DNA of 61,023 bases from Gammaproteobacteria bacterium (GCA_024232855.1 JAAEPH010000056.1:1-61023); one strand, 5' to 3'. Positions 20,027 to 33,487 are shown, numbered from the stretch's first letter. Numbers and translations are program-made. Notes: generated by a model from the letters alone, not told the origin.

Positions 20027-22389
20027 GACACCTTCTCCAGCTTTATCTTGCCGTAGGCGGCGGACAGGTCCCTGACCGCGTCGACACCGCTGGGAACCCA
20101 GGCGCAACCCGCGGGCACACCCTCATCGATGTGCAATGGCAACACCGCGGTACCCTTGTCCTGCGTCACCTGCACCTGGTCACAGCCGAGCAGCTTCGCG
20201 TCCTCGGCCATTTGCCGGTTCATGATCACGGCAGACTGGAGTTGCATCAGCGGGGTCTTCTGCAGTGGCGCCGACAGGCGTGTCATATCATCACAGGCAT
20301 AGATGGGCGAGCAACCGACCTTTTCGATCTTGCCATCCGCTTGCGGCAGGCCGCCTGCCTTCGATTGAATCCCGCAGAGATTGTGTAGCTCGACATCGCT
20401 GCACAGCGTCTTGAGTTCGTTTCTGACGGCCAGCGAATCGGAATAGGTGAATTCGTCGGGGCACAGCACCTGGCCGAGCGCAGCCAGAATTTTCCAGCCC
20501 TGACGGCTTTCGCCGCGGCTGTGTACGCAACCGTTAAAGCTCTGCCACAAACCCTCGACATTGACATAGCTGCCCGAGGATTCGACCACCGCGGCGAGCG
20601 GCAGCACGAGGTCGGCCTGCCGGCGGATGAAATCATTATCGAAACTGCTGATGGCGATAATCGAATCGTTGTTATCGGCGAGAGAACCGGCCTCGGGCGC
20701 ATCGAGCAGCGGGTTAGCGGCGAAGGTCAATAATACCTTGTGCCGGGCTGATAGTATCTCGCCCGCATTTTCCCCCGGAGCATCCACGGCGACACCGGCG
20801 GCGGCGCGATGCGGCAGCGCACCGGCAAGACAGGCGCCCGCGCTGTTCGCCGAAACCGACAGGTATCCGAGGGTTGCTTCGGCGGCGACGGCTATGGCTT
20901 CACAAAGTTCCTGCAACAACGCCAGCTGCGGGTTTGGCAGGGCATCTGTGCCGACGATAATCGCCACGTTGGCGGCTTTTGCGAGCGAACTCGCGATGGC
21001 GCGATGCTGATCGCTGACCTCACAATCCGCGGTAACTTTGGCGAGACGCGGACTCAGGGCCTTGCCGCTGACCCCGGCGAGCGCGGAAGCGATCGAGGCG
21101 AGGTCATGAATCACCCGCGACGCGGAACCCGCCAATTCACTGTGCATGTCAAAATTGTATTGTCCGGCAACGTGGCCAATGGACGAGATCGCGGCATTGT
21201 TTTTGAGTACTGCCTTGCGTAAGCGATGCGATAGCATTGGCTGCTGGTAGCGCAGACTACCGGCGACGATGAGAGCGGCATCGAGTGTCTCCAGCGACGC
21301 CAGCGAGCGCCCCAGCCAGGGCATCACCGGCGCGTTCTGCTGGGCCGAAAAATCGACCTGGGTGAGACGATGGTCGATATTGCTGGAGCCCAGTGCACGC
21401 GTCAGCTTTTGCGCGAGATAGTGTTCTTCGAGGGTCGCCTGCGGGCTGACCAGGGTCGCCACGCTGCCGCCGGCTTCATTCAGTTTTGCGGCGGCGGCGT
21501 TGAGCGCCGTTTCCCAGTCGACCGGCTTGAGATCGCCATTTTCGCGCATCAGCGGCTGCGTGAGGCGTTGCTCGGACTTGATCGCGGTGTAGCTGAAACG
21601 ATCGCGGTCGGATATCCAGGATTCGTTGATGGACTCGTTTTCGCGCGGCACCACGCGGATGACGTCGTTGTGGCGGGTATGCACCCAGGTGTTGGAACCG
21701 ACGCAATCATGCGCCGATACCCCGGCATGCCGGGTCAGTTCCCAGGGCCGCGCGGTGTAACGCGACGGCCTGGCGGTGAGGGCGCCAACCGGGCAAATGT
21801 CGATGACGTTACCGGACAGTTCGGAGACGATCGATTTTTCGATATAGGTGCCTATTTCCATGTGTTCGCCGCGCCCGGTCGCACCCAGTTCGGGCATGCC
21901 GGCAATTTCGTCGCCGAAACGCACGCAGCGGGTGCAATGAATGCAGCGCGTGAAATCGGTCGCGATCAACGGGCCGATATTCTTGTCCATGACGACGCGC
22001 TTCTGTTCGGTATAGCGGGACACGCCATCGCCGAAACCCATCGCCACGTCCTGCAATTCGCATTCGCCGCCCTGGTCGCAAATGGGGCAATCGAGCGGGT
22101 GGTTGATCAACAGGAATTCCATAGTCGCCTTTTGCGCGGCGATCGCCTTTTGCGAACGCGTCTGCACCACCATGCCGTCCATGCACTGGGTGGCGCAGGC
22201 CGGCATCGGTTTCGGCGCGCGCTCGACTTCCACCAGGCACATGCGGCAACTGGCGGCAACCGAGAGGCGCTTGTGATAGCAGAAACGCGGGATCACAATA
22301 TCGTTTTCGTCCGCCACGTCGATCAACAGGCGACCCGGCTGGGTTTCGATCTCCTGACCGTTGATGGTGACTTTTATGTTATCGCTCAT
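20023..22389 (-). CDS. nuoG: NADH-quinone oxidoreductase subunit G
   Basis: PRFCYH...[26 protein letters not shown]. Confidence 0.98.
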   Translation of the reverse strand: MSDNIKVTINGQEIETQPGRLLIDVADENDIVIPRFCYHKRLSVAASCRMCLVEVERAPKPMPACATQCMDGMVVQTRSQKAIAAQKATMEFLLINHPLDCPICDQGGECELQDVAMGFGDGVSRYTEQKRVVMDKNIGPLIATDFTRCIHCTRCVRFGDEIAGMPELGATGRGEHMEIGTYIEKSIVSELSGNVIDICPVGALTARPSRYTARPWELTRHAGVSAHDCVGSNTWVHTRHNDVIRVVPRENESINESWISDRDRFSYTAIKSEQRLTQPLMRENGDLKPVDWETALNAAAAKLNEAGGSVATLVSPQATLEEHYLAQKLTRALGSSNIDHRLTQVDFSAQQNAPVMPWLGRSLASLETLDAALIVAGSLRYQQPMLSHRLRKAVLKNNAAISSIGHVAGQYNFDMHSELAGSASRVIHDLASIASALAGVSGKALSPRLAKVTADCEVSDQHRAIASSLAKAANVAIIVGTDALPNPQLALLQELCEAIAVAAEATLGYLSVSANSAGACLAGALPHRAAAGVAVDAPGENAGEILSARHKVLLTFAANPLLDAPEAGSLADNNDSIIAISSFDNDFIRRQADLVLPLAAVVESSGSYVNVEGLWQSFNGCVHSRGESRQGWKILAALGQVLCPDEFTYSDSLAVRNELKTLCSDVELHNLCGIQSKAGGLPQADGKIEKVGCSPIYACDDMTRLSAPLQKTPLMQLQSAVIMNRQMAEDAKLLGCDQVQVTQDKGTAVLPLHIDEGVPAGCAWVPSGVDAVRDLSAAYGKIKLEKVS

Positions 22390-22407
22390 TGCTAACCCAT
22401 TTCCCGA

Positions 22408-23688
22408 TCAGGCTGCGTTATCGACAATCGAGCGCTTATGCTCGACGTAGTATTCAAATTCATGACGGAAATGCTTGATGAAGCTCCACACCGGCATCGC
22501 CGCGGCATCCCCCAGCGCGCAAACGGTGCGCCCCTCGATCTTGTGCGAGACTTCTACGAGCAGATCGATATCTTCCGTTCGGCCCTTGCCCTCGACGATT
22601 CGAGTCAGCATGCGGTATAGCCAGCCGGTGCCCTCGCGGCAGGGTGTGCACTGCCCGCAGGACTCGGAATAATAAAACCGCGAGATGCGCCGCAGCGCCA
22701 GCACCATGTCGGTGGTTTCATCCATGACGATGACCGCGCCCGACCCCAGCATCGAGCCGGCCTTGGCGATCGAGTCGTAATCCATGGTGCATTCCATCAT
22801 CACCTCACCCGGCAGCACCGGCACCGAGGAGCCGCCTGGAATCACCGCCTTGAGCTTGTGCCCGTCGCGCACGCCGCCGGCCATTTCCAGCAGATCCCTG
22901 AACGGGGTTCCCATCGAAATTTCGAAATTGCCGGGCTTGTTCAAATGTCCCGACATGGAGAAGCATTTGACCCCGCCGTTATTCGGAATCCCCAGGTCGG
23001 CAAACCATTCTGCGCCATTGCGGATGATCGAAGGCGTGGAGGCGAGCGACTCGGTGTTGTTGATCGTCGTCGGCTTGCCGTAGAGCCCGAAATTCGCCGG
23101 GAACGGAGGCTTGTAGCGCGGTTGACCTTTTTTCCCTTCCAGCGATTCGAGCAATGCCGTCTCCTCCCCGCAGATATAGGCGCCGGCGCCGAGCGCCGGG
23201 TAAAGGTCGAAGTCGACCCCGCTGCCGAGAATATTTTTACCCAGGTAACCCGCCTCGTAGGCTTCCCGAACCGCCGCTTCGAAATGCTGGGCGGGTTCAT
23301 CCATGAATTCACCGCGCATGTAGTTGTAACCGACGGTTGCGCCAATCGCGTAACCGCAAATGACCATGCCCTCCACCACAGCATGCGGATTGAAACGCAG
23401 GATATCGCGATCCTTGCAGGTGCCGGGCTCCGATTCGTCCGAGTTGCAGACGATGTACTTCTGCACCGGCGCGCTGCGTGGCATGAAACTCCACTTCAGC
23501 CCGGTCGGGAAACCGGCGCCGCCGCGGCCGCGCAGACCCGATGCCTTGACTTCCTCGATCACATCCTCGGGCGTCATGCCCTCCACCAGAACCTTTTTAA
23601 GCGCCTCGTAACCACCTGTTTTCAAATAGGTTTCCATCGACCATGGTTGATCGTACTGCAGGGTTGCATAACAGACTTCGTTAGCCAT
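22408..23688 (-). CDS. nuoF: NADH-quinone oxidoreductase subunit F
   Basis: [34 protein letters not shown]. Confidence 0.98.
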   Translation of the reverse strand: MANEVCYATLQYDQPWSMETYLKTGGYEALKKVLVEGMTPEDVIEEVKASGLRGRGGAGFPTGLKWSFMPRSAPVQKYIVCNSDESEPGTCKDRDILRFNPHAVVEGMVICGYAIGATVGYNYMRGEFMDEPAQHFEAAVREAYEAGYLGKNILGSGVDFDLYPALGAGAYICGEETALLESLEGKKGQPRYKPPFPANFGLYGKPTTINNTESLASTPSIIRNGAEWFADLGIPNNGGVKCFSMSGHLNKPGNFEISMGTPFRDLLEMAGGVRDGHKLKAVIPGGSSVPVLPGEVMMECTMDYDSIAKAGSMLGSGAVIVMDETTDMVLALRRISRFYYSESCGQCTPCREGTGWLYRMLTRIVEGKGRTEDIDLLVEVSHKIEGRTVCALGDAAAMPVWSFIKHFRHEFEYYVEHKRSIVDNAA

Positions 23689-23690
23689 TT

Positions 23691-24191
23691 CTACTCCAGC
23701 GCGTCGAGGATTTCATCGACCTTTTGAGGGGTCAGATTTTCATGATAAACGTGATCGACCTGCATCATCGGTCCGCCGGCACAGGCGGCGAGGCATTCTT
23801 CCTCGCATTTTAAATAGATGCGGCCATCTTCGGTGCTTTCGCCGATCTTGATGCCGAACTTGTCTTCGACATGTTCGACTATGCTTCCCGAGCCCATCAA
23901 CATGCAGCAGATATTGGTGCAGATGGCGACGTTGTGGCGCGCCACCGGCTTTGTCTCGAACATCGAATAAAACGAGGCGACTTCATAGACGTGGATCGGC
24001 GCCAGGCCGAGGTACTCGGCGACCGCATCCATCAAGTCGTTGGTCAGGAAACCCTGGTTCTGGTGTTGCGCCGCGACCAGAGATTGCAGCAATGCGGAAC
24101 GCTTGCGCTCCTCGGGAAAGCGCGCCACCCAGTGGTCGATCTCGGCGCGCGTGTGATCGTTCAACAAATCGATTTTTGATCCGCTTTGCAT
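23691..24191 (-). CDS. nuoE: NADH-quinone oxidoreductase subunit E
   Basis: CTNICC...ECLAAC 2Fe-2S ligands. Confidence 0.97.
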   Translation of the reverse strand: MQSGSKIDLLNDHTRAEIDHWVARFPEERKRSALLQSLVAAQHQNQGFLTNDLMDAVAEYLGLAPIHVYEVASFYSMFETKPVARHNVAICTNICCMLMGSGSIVEHVEDKFGIKIGESTEDGRIYLKCEEECLAACAGGPMMQVDHVYHENLTPQKVDEILDALE

Positions 24192-25444
24192 TACCTGTCG
24201 ATCTCCCCAAATACGATATCCTGGGTACCGATAATCGCGACCACGTCGGCGAGCATGTGGCCCTGCGCCATCTCGTTCATGCTCGACAGGTGGGCGAAGC
24301 CGGGCGCGCGCACCTTGACCCGGTAAGGCTTGTTGGCGCCATCGGAGATCAGGTAGACGCCGAATTCACCCTTGGGGTGCTCGATGGCGGTATAAACCTC
24401 GCCCGGAGGCAGCGTGTAACCCTCGGTAAACAGTTTGAAATGATGGATCAATCCCTCCATGTCGGCCTTGATTTCCTCGCGCCGCGGCGGCGCGACCTTG
24501 TGGTTGTCGGTCAGAACGAGGCCGGGATTGCCGCGCAGCCAGTCGATGCACTGCTTGATGATGTGATTGGACTGGCGCATTTCCTCGATGCGTACCAGGT
24601 AGCGGTCGTAACAGTCGCCATTGGTACCCACCGGGATATCGAAATCGACGCGGTCGTAGACTTCGTAGGGTTGTTTCTTGCGAATATCCCATTCCACGCC
24701 CGAACCGCGCAGCATCGGGCCGGTAAAGCCAAGTTGATAGGCGCGTTCCGGAGAGACGACGCCGATATCCACGGTGCGCTGCTTCCAGATTCGATTGTCG
24801 GTCAGCAGGGTTTCGTATTCGTCGACATAACCCGGGAAGCGGCGCACGAAATCCTCGGCAAAATCGAGCAGACTGCCCTGGCGGTTCTGGTTGAGGCGGT
24901 CGGCTTCCTTCTTGCTGCGCCAGCGGCTTTCCAGGTATTGCGGCATCGTCTCCGGCAGGTCGCGGGCGACACCACCGGGACGATAATAGGCCGCGTGCAT
25001 GCGCGCGCCCGACACCGCCTCGTACATGTCCATCAAGTCTTCGCGTTCGCGGAACGCGTACAGGAACATGGTCATGGCGCCAACATCGAGCGCATGGGTG
25101 CCGATCCACATCAGATGGTTGAGGATACGCGTGATTTCATCGAACATGACGCGGATATATTGCGCGCGTTCGGGGATTTCGACGCCGAGCAGCTTTTCGA
25201 TCGCGAGTACATAACCGTGCTCGTTGCACATCATCGAGACGTAATCGAGACGATCCATGTAGCCGATGGTCTGGTTGTAAGGCTTGGTTTCGGCTAGTTT
25301 CTCGGTGCCGCGATGCAGCAGACCGATGTGCGGGTCTGCGCGTTCGATGACTTCGCCATCCATTTCCAGGACCAGTCGCAGGACACCGTGGGCCGCTGGA
25401 TGCTGTGGTCCGAAGTTGAGCGTGTAATTCTTGATGTCGGGCAT
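24191..25444 (-). CDS. nuoD: NADH-quinone oxidoreductase subunit D
   Basis: [15 protein letters not shown]...DIVFGEIDR. Confidence 0.98.
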   Translation of the reverse strand: MPDIKNYTLNFGPQHPAAHGVLRLVLEMDGEVIERADPHIGLLHRGTEKLAETKPYNQTIGYMDRLDYVSMMCNEHGYVLAIEKLLGVEIPERAQYIRVMFDEITRILNHLMWIGTHALDVGAMTMFLYAFREREDLMDMYEAVSGARMHAAYYRPGGVARDLPETMPQYLESRWRSKKEADRLNQNRQGSLLDFAEDFVRRFPGYVDEYETLLTDNRIWKQRTVDIGVVSPERAYQLGFTGPMLRGSGVEWDIRKKQPYEVYDRVDFDIPVGTNGDCYDRYLVRIEEMRQSNHIIKQCIDWLRGNPGLVLTDNHKVAPPRREEIKADMEGLIHHFKLFTEGYTLPPGEVYTAIEHPKGEFGVYLISDGANKPYRVKVRAPGFAHLSSMNEMAQGHMLADVVAIIGTQDIVFGEIDR

Positions 25445-26166
25445 CAGTTTTGCGCCTCGTCAGGCTCGTCGGCCAGGTAACGATGGTCTTCGCGTTTCAC
25501 GCGCGGCACCAGCACCCTCGGTTCGATCGTAACCGGCTCGTAAACGACGCGCTCGCGCTCGGGGTCATAACGCATTTCAACATTCCCCACCAGCGGAAAA
25601 TCCTTGCGGAACGGATGCCCGACAAAGCCGTAGTCGGTGAGAATCCGGCGCAAATCGGGGTGATCGCTGAAGAGGATGCCGAACAGGTCGAAGGCTTCGC
25701 GCTCATACCAGTCGGCTGACGCCCAGACGCCGGTCAAGGTGGGGACGATGGGGAAATCGTCATCGGCGGCAAACACGCGCAGCCGCAGGCGGCGGTTCAA
25801 CGAATAGGAAATCAGATGGGATACTGCGGCAAAGCGTCTGCCCTGGTTTACCAGTGACTCCAGTTCGTCGCCAAACTGTAATCGTCCCATGGTCGCGCCT
25901 TCCTCGACACCGCGACAGAAGCCGGCGCGACTGGCGTCCTCGGTTTGCCATTCGACACGGCCGTACTGGGAGTAGTCGACCCCGGAAAGGTCGACCAGCT
26001 GTTCAAACCGGAAGGCGTCGTCATCGCGCAGACCGGTGGCCACCTCGATCAGGTTTTGCGCCGAGACATCCGCGTTGACCTCGTCGTATGCAACCGTTAC
26101 CGCTTCCAGTTTGTCCACGAACGCGGCGCGCAGGGCATCGGCCAGTTGCTGTGTGGAATTCGACAT
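25444..26166 (-). CDS. nuoC: NADH-quinone oxidoreductase subunit C
   Basis: [12 protein letters not shown]...[13 protein letters not shown]; start ATG 26166. Confidence 0.97.
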   Translation of the reverse strand: MSNSTQQLADALRAAFVDKLEAVTVAYDEVNADVSAQNLIEVATGLRDDDAFRFEQLVDLSGVDYSQYGRVEWQTEDASRAGFCRGVEEGATMGRLQFGDELESLVNQGRRFAAVSHLISYSLNRRLRLRVFAADDDFPIVPTLTGVWASADWYEREAFDLFGILFSDHPDLRRILTDYGFVGHPFRKDFPLVGNVEMRYDPERERVVYEPVTIEPRVLVPRVKREDHRYLADEPDEAQN

Positions 26167-26167
26167 G

Positions 26168-26644
26168 TCAGCGCGCGATGGTGTTGGTACGTTTGATTTT
26201 GTTTTGCAACTGCAATATCCCGTATAACAGCGCTTCCGCGGTCGGCGGGCAACCCGGCACGTAAACATCTACCGGCACCACTCGATCACAACCGCGCACT
26301 ACCGCGTAGGAATAGTGGTAATAGCCGCCGCCGTTGGCGCAGGAGCCCATCGAAATAACCCAGCGCGGCTCGGCCATCTGGTCATAGACCTTGCGCAATG
26401 CCGGCGCCATCTTGTTAACCAGCGTGCCGGCGACGATCATGACGTCCGACTGGCGCGGACTGGGCCGGAATATGATGCCGAATCGATCCAGGTCGTAGCG
26501 CGCCGCGCCCGCCTGCATCATTTCCACCGCGCAACAGGCCAGTCCGAAAGTCATCGGCCACATCGATCCGGTGCGCGCCCAGTTGATCAGCTTATCGGCG
26601 GTGGTGGTGACGATGCCCTGCTCGAATACACCCTCTATTCCCAT
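26168..26644 (-). CDS. nuoB: NADH-quinone oxidoreductase subunit B
   Basis: [10 protein letters not shown]...PGCPP. Confidence 0.98.
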   Translation of the reverse strand: MGIEGVFEQGIVTTTADKLINWARTGSMWPMTFGLACCAVEMMQAGAARYDLDRFGIIFRPSPRQSDVMIVAGTLVNKMAPALRKVYDQMAEPRWVISMGSCANGGGYYHYSYAVVRGCDRVVPVDVYVPGCPPTAEALLYGILQLQNKIKRTNTIAR

Positions 26645-26991
26645 TCAAGCGCTCCTTTCTTCCACTCGAAGATAAAGCCGATTACGAGTACACCGAGAAA
26701 TATCGCCATCGAGGCGAGGCCGAAAGTCCCGATCTGATCGAGGACGATAGCCCAGGGAAAAAGGAAGGCGATTTCGAGGTCGAAAATGATGAACAGTATC
26801 GCCACCAGGTAGTAGCGAACATCAAATTTCATGCGGCTGTCTTCGAAGGCTTCGAAGCCGCACTCGTAAGGAGAGTTTTTTTCCGCATCGGGGCGCGAGG
26901 GGCCCAGCAATTTGCCGAGAATGATGAAAACAGATCCCATCATGAGGGTGATAAACATGAAAATCAGGATCGGTAGATAGTTACCTAACAT
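26635..26991 (-). CDS. nuoA: NADH-quinone oxidoreductase subunit A
   Basis: KNSPYECGF...[11 protein letters not shown]. Confidence 0.98.
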   Translation of the reverse strand: MLGNYLPILIFMFITLMMGSVFIILGKLLGPSRPDAEKNSPYECGFEAFEDSRMKFDVRYYLVAILFIIFDLEIAFLFPWAIVLDQIGTFGLASMAIFLGVLVIGFIFEWKKGALEWE

Positions 26992-27050
26992 GGATTACCT
27001 AACATAGATAAATCTGCCCCCGGGAATCTGTACTTCAGCTGCGTGGCGCC

Positions 27051-27079
27051 AGTCTATTGTGGCACCTATATAGTGTCAA
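27051..27079 (-). promoter_or_regulatory. nuo operon promoter
   Basis: TTGACA-17 nt-TAGACT. Confidence 0.7.
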
Positions 27080-27202
27080 GGAATCTGCGAGGGACACCCT
27101 GTTTTACAATCCAAACTATAAAATTTCGGTTGGGATAGGAATCCATTTCAGGCACAACAGCAGCTTATAAATCCCGCCCGTCAAGGGCCGAATTTCAAAA
27201 TA

Positions 27203-27287
27203 TGGTGCCGATGGCCGGACTCGAACCGGCACAGCTTTCGCCACTACCCCCTCAAGATAGCGTGTCTACCAATTCCACCACATCGGC
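27203..27287 (-). tRNA. leuU: tRNA-Leu (GAG)
   Basis: GCCGATGTGGTGGAATTGGTAGACACGCTATCTTGAGGGGGTAG...GGTTCGAGTCC...GGCACCA; long variable arm; follows secG. Confidence 0.97.
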
Positions 27288-27298
27288 ATGACTCCAGC

Positions 27299-27676
27299 TT
27301 ACTCGGCTGGAGGTAAATCTGATTCCTGCACGTCGGCGCTGCCACCGTCGACGGGCGGCATATCGCTCTCCTGCTGCAGCGGCGCCGTCTCGATTTCCTG
27401 CGCGGTCACGCTGCCGGTGACGCTGTCGGGCGTTGCCCGATTACTCGTTACATAGGCCAGCGACAGGCACACGAGGAAAAACAGGATCGCGATGACCGTC
27501 GTCGCCCGGGTCATGAAATTACCCGACCCGCGCGCGCCGAACACGGTCGCCGAGGCGCCACTGCCGAAAGCCGCGCCGGCATCGGCGCCCTTGCCGTGTT
27601 GCATCAGGATGAGGACGATCAGCGAGATCGACAATAAGACCTGTACAACCAATAAAATACTGGTGATGTTTTGCAT
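27299..27676 (-). CDS. secG: Preprotein translocase subunit SecG
   Basis: QHGKGADAGAAFGSGASATVFGARGS. Confidence 0.98.
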   Translation of the reverse strand: MQNITSILLVVQVLLSISLIVLILMQHGKGADAGAAFGSGASATVFGARGSGNFMTRATTVIAILFFLVCLSLAYVTSNRATPDSVTGSVTAQEIETAPLQQESDMPPVDGGSADVQESDLPPAE

Positions 27677-27703
27677 ATACTTTCCTATTTCACCTGGCCT
27701 GTT

Positions 27704-28456
27704 TCACCTGGCCTGAACCGCCTGGGCGATGGCGAGAAAATCGTCGGCCTCGAGCGCAGCGCCGCCGATCAGACCACCATCGATATCGGGTTGCGACAAC
27801 AGCTGCGCCGCATTCGCGGGGTTCATGCTGCCGCCGTATAAAATCTGTAAACCTTGCGCTACATCGCTATCCAGTTGCGCAAGCCGGCTGCGAATAAAAG
27901 CGTGCACCGCCTGCGCCTGTTCGGGTGTCGCCACCTGGCCGGTACCGATAGCCCACACCGGCTCGTAGGCGATAACCGCCTGCGCAAGGCTGGCAATCCC
28001 GCTACTGTCGAGCACGGCATCGATCTGGCGCGCAACCACATCCTCGGTAACGCCACTTTCACGCTCGTCGAGGGTTTCACCAACGCACAGGATCGGTATC
28101 AGGCCGGCCTGTACCGCCATGGCGTAGCGCGCCGCCACCAGCTGATCCGATTCGCCATACAGGGCGCGGCGCTCGGAGTGCCCGACAATCGCGTAGCGAC
28201 AGCCGCTTTCCATCAGCATGGCCGCGGATACCTCGCCCGTGAAAGCGCCGCTCTGCTGGTCGCAGACGTTTTGCGCACCGAGCGCTATATCGCTCCCGGA
28301 GAGCATGCCGCCGACCTTCATCAAATAGATGGCGGGCGGGCAAACGGCCAGTTGAGCCTTGCCGGCGTCACCGGCCTTGATGCCCTCAACCAGATCGATG
28401 ACAGACTGCAGGCTGCCATTCATTTTCCAGTTGCCTGCGATAAGGCTAGTGCGCAT
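27704..28456 (-). CDS. tpiA: Triosephosphate isomerase
   Basis: AGNWKMN, GHSERR, AYEPVWAIGTG. Confidence 0.99.
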   Translation of the reverse strand: MRTSLIAGNWKMNGSLQSVIDLVEGIKAGDAGKAQLAVCPPAIYLMKVGGMLSGSDIALGAQNVCDQQSGAFTGEVSAAMLMESGCRYAIVGHSERRALYGESDQLVAARYAMAVQAGLIPILCVGETLDERESGVTEDVVARQIDAVLDSSGIASLAQAVIAYEPVWAIGTGQVATPEQAQAVHAFIRSRLAQLDSDVAQGLQILYGGSMNPANAAQLLSQPDIDGGLIGGAALEADDFLAIAQAVQAR

Positions 28457-28487
28457 GTTCGTTACCGGTCATTTTAAAAGGCGCCAA

Positions 28488-28516
28488 AGAGTACTCACCT
28501 ACGCCCAATAAATCAA
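28488..28516 (-). promoter_or_regulatory. tpiA promoter
   Basis: TTGATT-17 nt-TACTCT. Confidence 0.5.
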
Positions 28517-28554
28517 TCTGGAATTGGTGAAATCGGGCAATTTAATGGCAGAAG

Positions 28555-29895
28555 TCAGGCTTGTGCGGCATCGGTGACGGTTTTCGCCAGCCGCGCCGCC
28601 AGATCTTCCACCTGGCTCGCGTCCCGCCCCTCGACCATGACCCGGATCAGCGGCTCGGTTCCGGAGGGGCGTAACAGCACGCGGCCGGATTGCGCCAGCT
28701 CTTTTTCGGCCGCTTGCAGCGCATCCTGTATCTGCGGGGACCGATTCAGATCGAGGGGTTTCGAGATCGGCACATTGATCATGGTCTGCGGATAAACAAC
28801 CATCTCGCTGCAGGCTTCGGTAAGCGTCTGTTTATTCCTGATCAGCGCATCCAGTACCTGTAGCGAAGCAATGATGCCGTCACCGGTGGTGGTTTTATCC
28901 AGGCAGATGATGTGCCCCGAGGATTCCCCGCCCAGCTGCCAGTCATTCTGCACCAGTTTTTCCATGACATGGCGATCGCCGACCGCCGCGCGCACGAAGG
29001 GGATATCGGCTTCCTGCAACGCGTGTTCAAAGCCGAGATTGCTCATCACGGTACCAACCACGCCTCCTTTCAGCTGGCCACCGGCGAGCCTGGCGCGGGC
29101 GATGATGAAAAGCAGTTGATCGCCGTTTTTTACCTCGCCGTGTGCATCCATCATCATCACGCGATCGCCGTCACCGTCGAAAGCGATTCCCATATCCGCG
29201 CCATTTTCGAGCACATGGGTGCGCATGCTTTCGGGATGCAGGGCGCCAACCTGATGATTGATGTTCATTCCATTCGGGCTGGTACCGACTTCGATGACCT
29301 CGGCGCCGAGTTCGCGGAACACGGCCGGCGCAATGTGATAGGTTGCCCCGTTGGCGCAGTCGACGACGAGTTTCATGCCGCGCAGGCTGGTATGAAAATC
29401 AATGGAGCTTTTGCAAAACTCGACGTATCGCCCCTTGGCGTCGTCCATGCGGGTGGCCTTGCCGATCTGCTCCGGCTCCACCATGACCAGCGATTGCTCG
29501 AGCACCGCCTCGATCTCGGCCTCGGTTTCATCCGGTAACTTGAAACCATCGCCGTTGAAAAACTTGACACCATCGTCGTGGTAGGGATTGTGCGATGCGC
29601 TGATGACGATACCGGCACTGGCGCGTTGTGACTGCGTAATGTAAGCGATAGCCGGCGTCGGCATGGGTCCCAGTAACATTACATCGAGGCCCGCGGCCGC
29701 GAGCCCGGCTTCGAGAGCCGACTCGAACATGTATCCCGATATCCGCGTATCCTTGCCGATTACCACCTGCCCGTGACTGGACTGTGACAGCACCTTACCC
29801 GCGGCCCAGCCGAGTTTCATGATGAAATCGACCGTCATCGGCGCCTGTCCGACACGCCCGCGGATACCGTCCGTTCCAAAATATTCTCGACTCAT
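28555..29895 (-). CDS. glmM: Phosphoglucosamine mutase
   Basis: [22 protein letters not shown]. Confidence 0.99.
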   Translation of the reverse strand: MSREYFGTDGIRGRVGQAPMTVDFIMKLGWAAGKVLSQSSHGQVVIGKDTRISGYMFESALEAGLAAAGLDVMLLGPMPTPAIAYITQSQRASAGIVISASHNPYHDDGVKFFNGDGFKLPDETEAEIEAVLEQSLVMVEPEQIGKATRMDDAKGRYVEFCKSSIDFHTSLRGMKLVVDCANGATYHIAPAVFRELGAEVIEVGTSPNGMNINHQVGALHPESMRTHVLENGADMGIAFDGDGDRVMMMDAHGEVKNGDQLLFIIARARLAGGQLKGGVVGTVMSNLGFEHALQEADIPFVRAAVGDRHVMEKLVQNDWQLGGESSGHIICLDKTTTGDGIIASLQVLDALIRNKQTLTEACSEMVVYPQTMINVPISKPLDLNRSPQIQDALQAAEKELAQSGRVLLRPSGTEPLIRVMVEGRDASQVEDLAARLAKTVTDAAQA

Positions 29896-30710
29896 GCTTC
29901 CACCTCGCGCAGTGCCCCGACCATGGCCAGGGCGTCAACGGTTTCCGCGACATCGTGCACGCGCAGGATATCCGCGCCCAGCATCGCCGCCATCACCGCC
30001 ACCGACAGGCTGCCGTAGAGACGCTGATCCGCCGGCTTGTCGAGAATCGCGCCGATCATACCCTTGCGCGACATGCCGACCAGCACGGGCGCTCCGAGCT
30101 TGCGAAATTCCGGCAGCGATTTCAACAATATCAGATTATGCTCGAGGGTTTTACCGAAACCAAACCCGGGATCGATAATGATATTATGTTCTGCGATGCC
30201 GGCATCGAGGGCGGCATCGATGCGGGCGCGTAAGAAACCCAGAACCTCGCCGACGATGTCGTCATAGCTCGGCTTGTGCTGCATGGTTTCGGGCGAACCC
30301 TGCATGTGCATCAAGCAGACCGGAACCGAGAGCTCCGCCGCGACCTGCAGCGAATCTTCCAGTTGCAGGGCCCAGATACTGTTGATGATGTTTGCGCCGG
30401 CATCTACCGCCGCCCGCATTACCACCACCTTATTGGTGTCGATGGAAATCGGAATATCGGAAACCTGCCGAATCGCCTGTATCAAGGGAATGGTGCGTGC
30501 CAGTTCCTGTTGCGGACCTACCGGCAACGAGCCGGGGCGCGTCGATTCACCACCGATGTCGAGGATGTCGGCACCCGCGGCAATCATTTGACGCGCGCCG
30601 GCGAAGGCTTTTTCGATGCTGTCGAATTTACCGCCGTCGGAAAAAGAATCGGGGGTCGTGTTGATGACCCCCATAACCTGAAGTTGGCTGGATATCGTCA
30701 ACTGTGACAT
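29892..30710 (-). CDS. folP: Dihydropteroate synthase
   Basis: [31 protein letters not shown]. Confidence 0.99.
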   Translation of the reverse strand: MSQLTISSQLQVMGVINTTPDSFSDGGKFDSIEKAFAGARQMIAAGADILDIGGESTRPGSLPVGPQQELARTIPLIQAIRQVSDIPISIDTNKVVVMRAAVDAGANIINSIWALQLEDSLQVAAELSVPVCLMHMQGSPETMQHKPSYDDIVGEVLGFLRARIDAALDAGIAEHNIIIDPGFGFGKTLEHNLILLKSLPEFRKLGAPVLVGMSRKGMIGAILDKPADQRLYGSLSVAVMAAMLGADILRVHDVAETVDALAMVGALREVEA

Positions 30711-30730
30711 CGCCTTGCCAGGGCAGAATC

Positions 30731-30744
30731 AAAATGCGGGCTAG
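30731..30744. repeat. Solo MITE terminal-repeat remnant at the ftsH stop
   Basis: AAATGCGGGCTAG, identical to the right end of the element at 41824-41836. Confidence 0.55.
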
Positions 30745-32663
30745 TGCAGTTTGGCCGGATCGAGATCCGGGTCGTCACCGGAACTGACATCCCCCGAAGG
30801 CTCATTCGAAGCAGGTCCCGTTGGCCCATCGTCCGACCAGTCGTCGGGCGGACCCGGCTCCTTGCCATGCATGATCGAATCGATCTGGCCGGCATCGATG
30901 GTTTCGTACTTCATCAACGCGTCCGCCATCAGGTGCAGCTTATCCTCGTTCTTATTGAGGATGTCGACGGAGCGCTGATAATTACGGTCGATGATGGTGC
31001 GAATCTCGGAATCGATCGCCTGCGCGGTCTGGTTGGAAACGGTCTTTTGCTTGCCGTAAGACTTTCCGAGGAAAACCTCACCCTCTTCCTCGCTGTAGGA
31101 TAGCGGACCCATGCGGTCCGACAAACCCCACTGAGTCACCATACTGCGCGCGATGCTGGTGGCGCGTTCTATGTCGTTAGACGCACCCGTGGTCACCGCC
31201 TCGGCGCCAAAAATCAATTGCTCGGCGATGCGCCCGCCAAACAGGCTCGACAGCTGGCTTTCCAGGTGTTGCTTGCTATAGCTGTAGCGGTCGTCTTCGG
31301 GTAAAAACATGGTCACCCCGAGCGCACGCCCCCGTGGAATGATGCTGACCTTGTATACCGGGTCGTGATCGGGCACCAGGCGTCCGACGATGGCATGGCC
31401 CGCTTCGTGGTACGCGGTCAGCTTTTTCTCGTCTTCCTTCATGATCATCGAGCGGCGCTCCGCGCCCATCATGATCTTGTCCTTGGCGCGTTCGAACTCG
31501 GCCATGGTCACCAGTTTCTTGTTGGCGCGCGCGGCAAACAACGCGGCCTCGTTAACCAGGTTGGCCAGATCGGCGCCGGAAAAACCGGGGGTGCCTCGCG
31601 CGATGACCATCGGGTCGACATTCTCTGCCGCCGGCACCTTGCGCATGTGCACCTTGAGAATGTGGGAACGGCCACGCACGTCGGGAAGCGGAACCACCAC
31701 CTGGCGGTCGAAGCGACCGGGACGCAGTAAGGCGGGATCGAGCACATCGGGACGGTTGGTGGCGGCAATCACGATGACGCCTTCGTTGCCTTCGAATCCG
31801 TCCATTTCGACGAGCAGCTGGTTCAGGGTCTGCTCACGCTCGTCATGGCCACCGCCGAGCCCGGCGCCGCGGTGACGCCCGACCGCATCGATTTCGTCGA
31901 TGAATATGATGCAGGGCGAATGTTTTTTCGCCTGATCGAACATATCGCGCACCCGCGACGCACCGACACCGACGAACATTTCGACAAAGTCGGAGCCCGA
32001 AATAGTGAAAAACGGAACCTTTGCCTCACCGGCAATGGCCTTGGCGAGCAGCGTCTTACCGGTACCGGGAGCACCGACCATCAACACGCCGCGCGGAATC
32101 TTACCGCCGAGTTTCTGAAACTTGGAAGGTTCGCGTAAAAATTCGACCAGTTCAGCCACCTCTTCCTTGGCTTCATCGACACCCGCAACATCGTTAAAGG
32201 TGATGTTGATCTGGTCTTCGCCGAGCAGGCGCGCCTTGCTTTTACCGAACGACATCGCGCCGCGGCCACCGCCACCGCCCTGCATCTGGCGCATGAAAAA
32301 TATCCACAGGCCGATCAGTACGACAAACGGGAACCAGCTGATAAACATGTGACCGAGCAAGGAAGGCTGCTCAGGTGGTTTTCCGAGGATGGCGACGTTG
32401 GCGCGCTCCAGGTCACCGATCAGGGCGCTGTTATTGGTTTCGGGGCTGTAGGTGGAAAACGGCGATCCAGAGACCAGTTTACCATCGATATTCTGCCCTT
32501 CGATGGTGACTTCACGTACCTGGCCCTGCTTGACCTGGGTCAGGAAATCCGAGTAAATCAGGGTTTGCGCACTGGAGCTGCGATCACCAAAACTGTGGAA
32601 CACGGATAGCAGCACCACCGCGATGACAGCCCACAATACTAAATTCTTGACTACGTCGTTCAC
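30741..32663 (-). CDS. ftsH: ATP-dependent zinc metalloprotease FtsH
   Basis: Two TM helices, GAPGTGKT Walker A, HEAGH zinc site. Confidence 0.99.
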   Translation of the reverse strand: MNDVVKNLVLWAVIAVVLLSVFHSFGDRSSSAQTLIYSDFLTQVKQGQVREVTIEGQNIDGKLVSGSPFSTYSPETNNSALIGDLERANVAILGKPPEQPSLLGHMFISWFPFVVLIGLWIFFMRQMQGGGGGRGAMSFGKSKARLLGEDQINITFNDVAGVDEAKEEVAELVEFLREPSKFQKLGGKIPRGVLMVGAPGTGKTLLAKAIAGEAKVPFFTISGSDFVEMFVGVGASRVRDMFDQAKKHSPCIIFIDEIDAVGRHRGAGLGGGHDEREQTLNQLLVEMDGFEGNEGVIVIAATNRPDVLDPALLRPGRFDRQVVVPLPDVRGRSHILKVHMRKVPAAENVDPMVIARGTPGFSGADLANLVNEAALFAARANKKLVTMAEFERAKDKIMMGAERRSMIMKEDEKKLTAYHEAGHAIVGRLVPDHDPVYKVSIIPRGRALGVTMFLPEDDRYSYSKQHLESQLSSLFGGRIAEQLIFGAEAVTTGASNDIERATSIARSMVTQWGLSDRMGPLSYSEEEGEVFLGKSYGKQKTVSNQTAQAIDSEIRTIIDRNYQRSVDILNKNEDKLHLMADALMKYETIDAGQIDSIMHGKEPGPPDDWSDDGPTGPASNEPSGDVSSGDDPDLDPAKLH

Positions 32664-32756
32664 TTATTAAACACCTGTTTGGCTCGTTTACAGCCTTATC
32701 CGGTTCATTATTACCGCTATTATCTGCAGATACTAGCGCATTTTCCCTGTGCCGGC

Positions 32757-33374
32757 CTATCTAAGGCCGTCACAAATCGCATAAATTTCACGCGATCTCG
32801 ACCTCGATGCATCGGGCTTGCGTAACTTGACTGTCTTGAATCGACGTCGAAATGACGAAATCAGGTCATCGCAACCCGCACCCTGAAATATTTTGACCAC
32901 GAATACACCGTTTGCATTCAAAAAATCTCCGGCAAGGTCAAAGGCGAGTTCCGCCAGGTAGATTGACTTCGGCTGGTCGACGCTGTCCATTCCACTCAAG
33001 TTGGGGGCCATATCCGATAAAACAAGATCAAATCGACTCTCGCCGACAATCGCCAGCAAGCGATCGAGTGTTTCCTGCTCGGTAAAATCGCCCTGCTGGA
33101 ACTCGACGCCAGCGATGGGTTCTATCGGCAACAGGTCGAGCGCGATGATCCTGCCGCGGTCACCGACTATGCGACTCGCATACTCGCTCCATCCCCCGGG
33201 CGCCGCGCCAAGGTCGAGCACCAGCTGTCCCGGTTTCAAAACATGGTCCCGACGCTGGATTTCCTCGAGCTTGAAGACCGCGCGCGAGCGAAAGCCCTGC
33301 GCGCGCGCCTTCAGCACATACTCGTCCTGGTGATGTTCCTGCAACCAGCGTTTGCTAGATTTCGAACGTGACAT
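32757..33374 (-). CDS. rlmE: 23S rRNA Um2552 methyltransferase
   Basis: RSRAVFKL, DLGAAPGGWS, SDMAPN. Confidence 0.98.
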   Translation of the reverse strand: MSRSKSSKRWLQEHHQDEYVLKARAQGFRSRAVFKLEEIQRRDHVLKPGQLVLDLGAAPGGWSEYASRIVGDRGRIIALDLLPIEPIAGVEFQQGDFTEQETLDRLLAIVGESRFDLVLSDMAPNLSGMDSVDQPKSIYLAELAFDLAGDFLNANGVFVVKIFQGAGCDDLISSFRRRFKTVKLRKPDASRSRSREIYAICDGLR

Positions 33375-33487
33375 GGCCTGAATTTTGCCTCATCCCGTGG
33401 GTATCCCGCAATCGACCCGGGACCAACCGTTGCGCTGTGCTAACATGCGCGTTTTCGGCTGCCGCCAGCGCAACGATAATGGATGAA

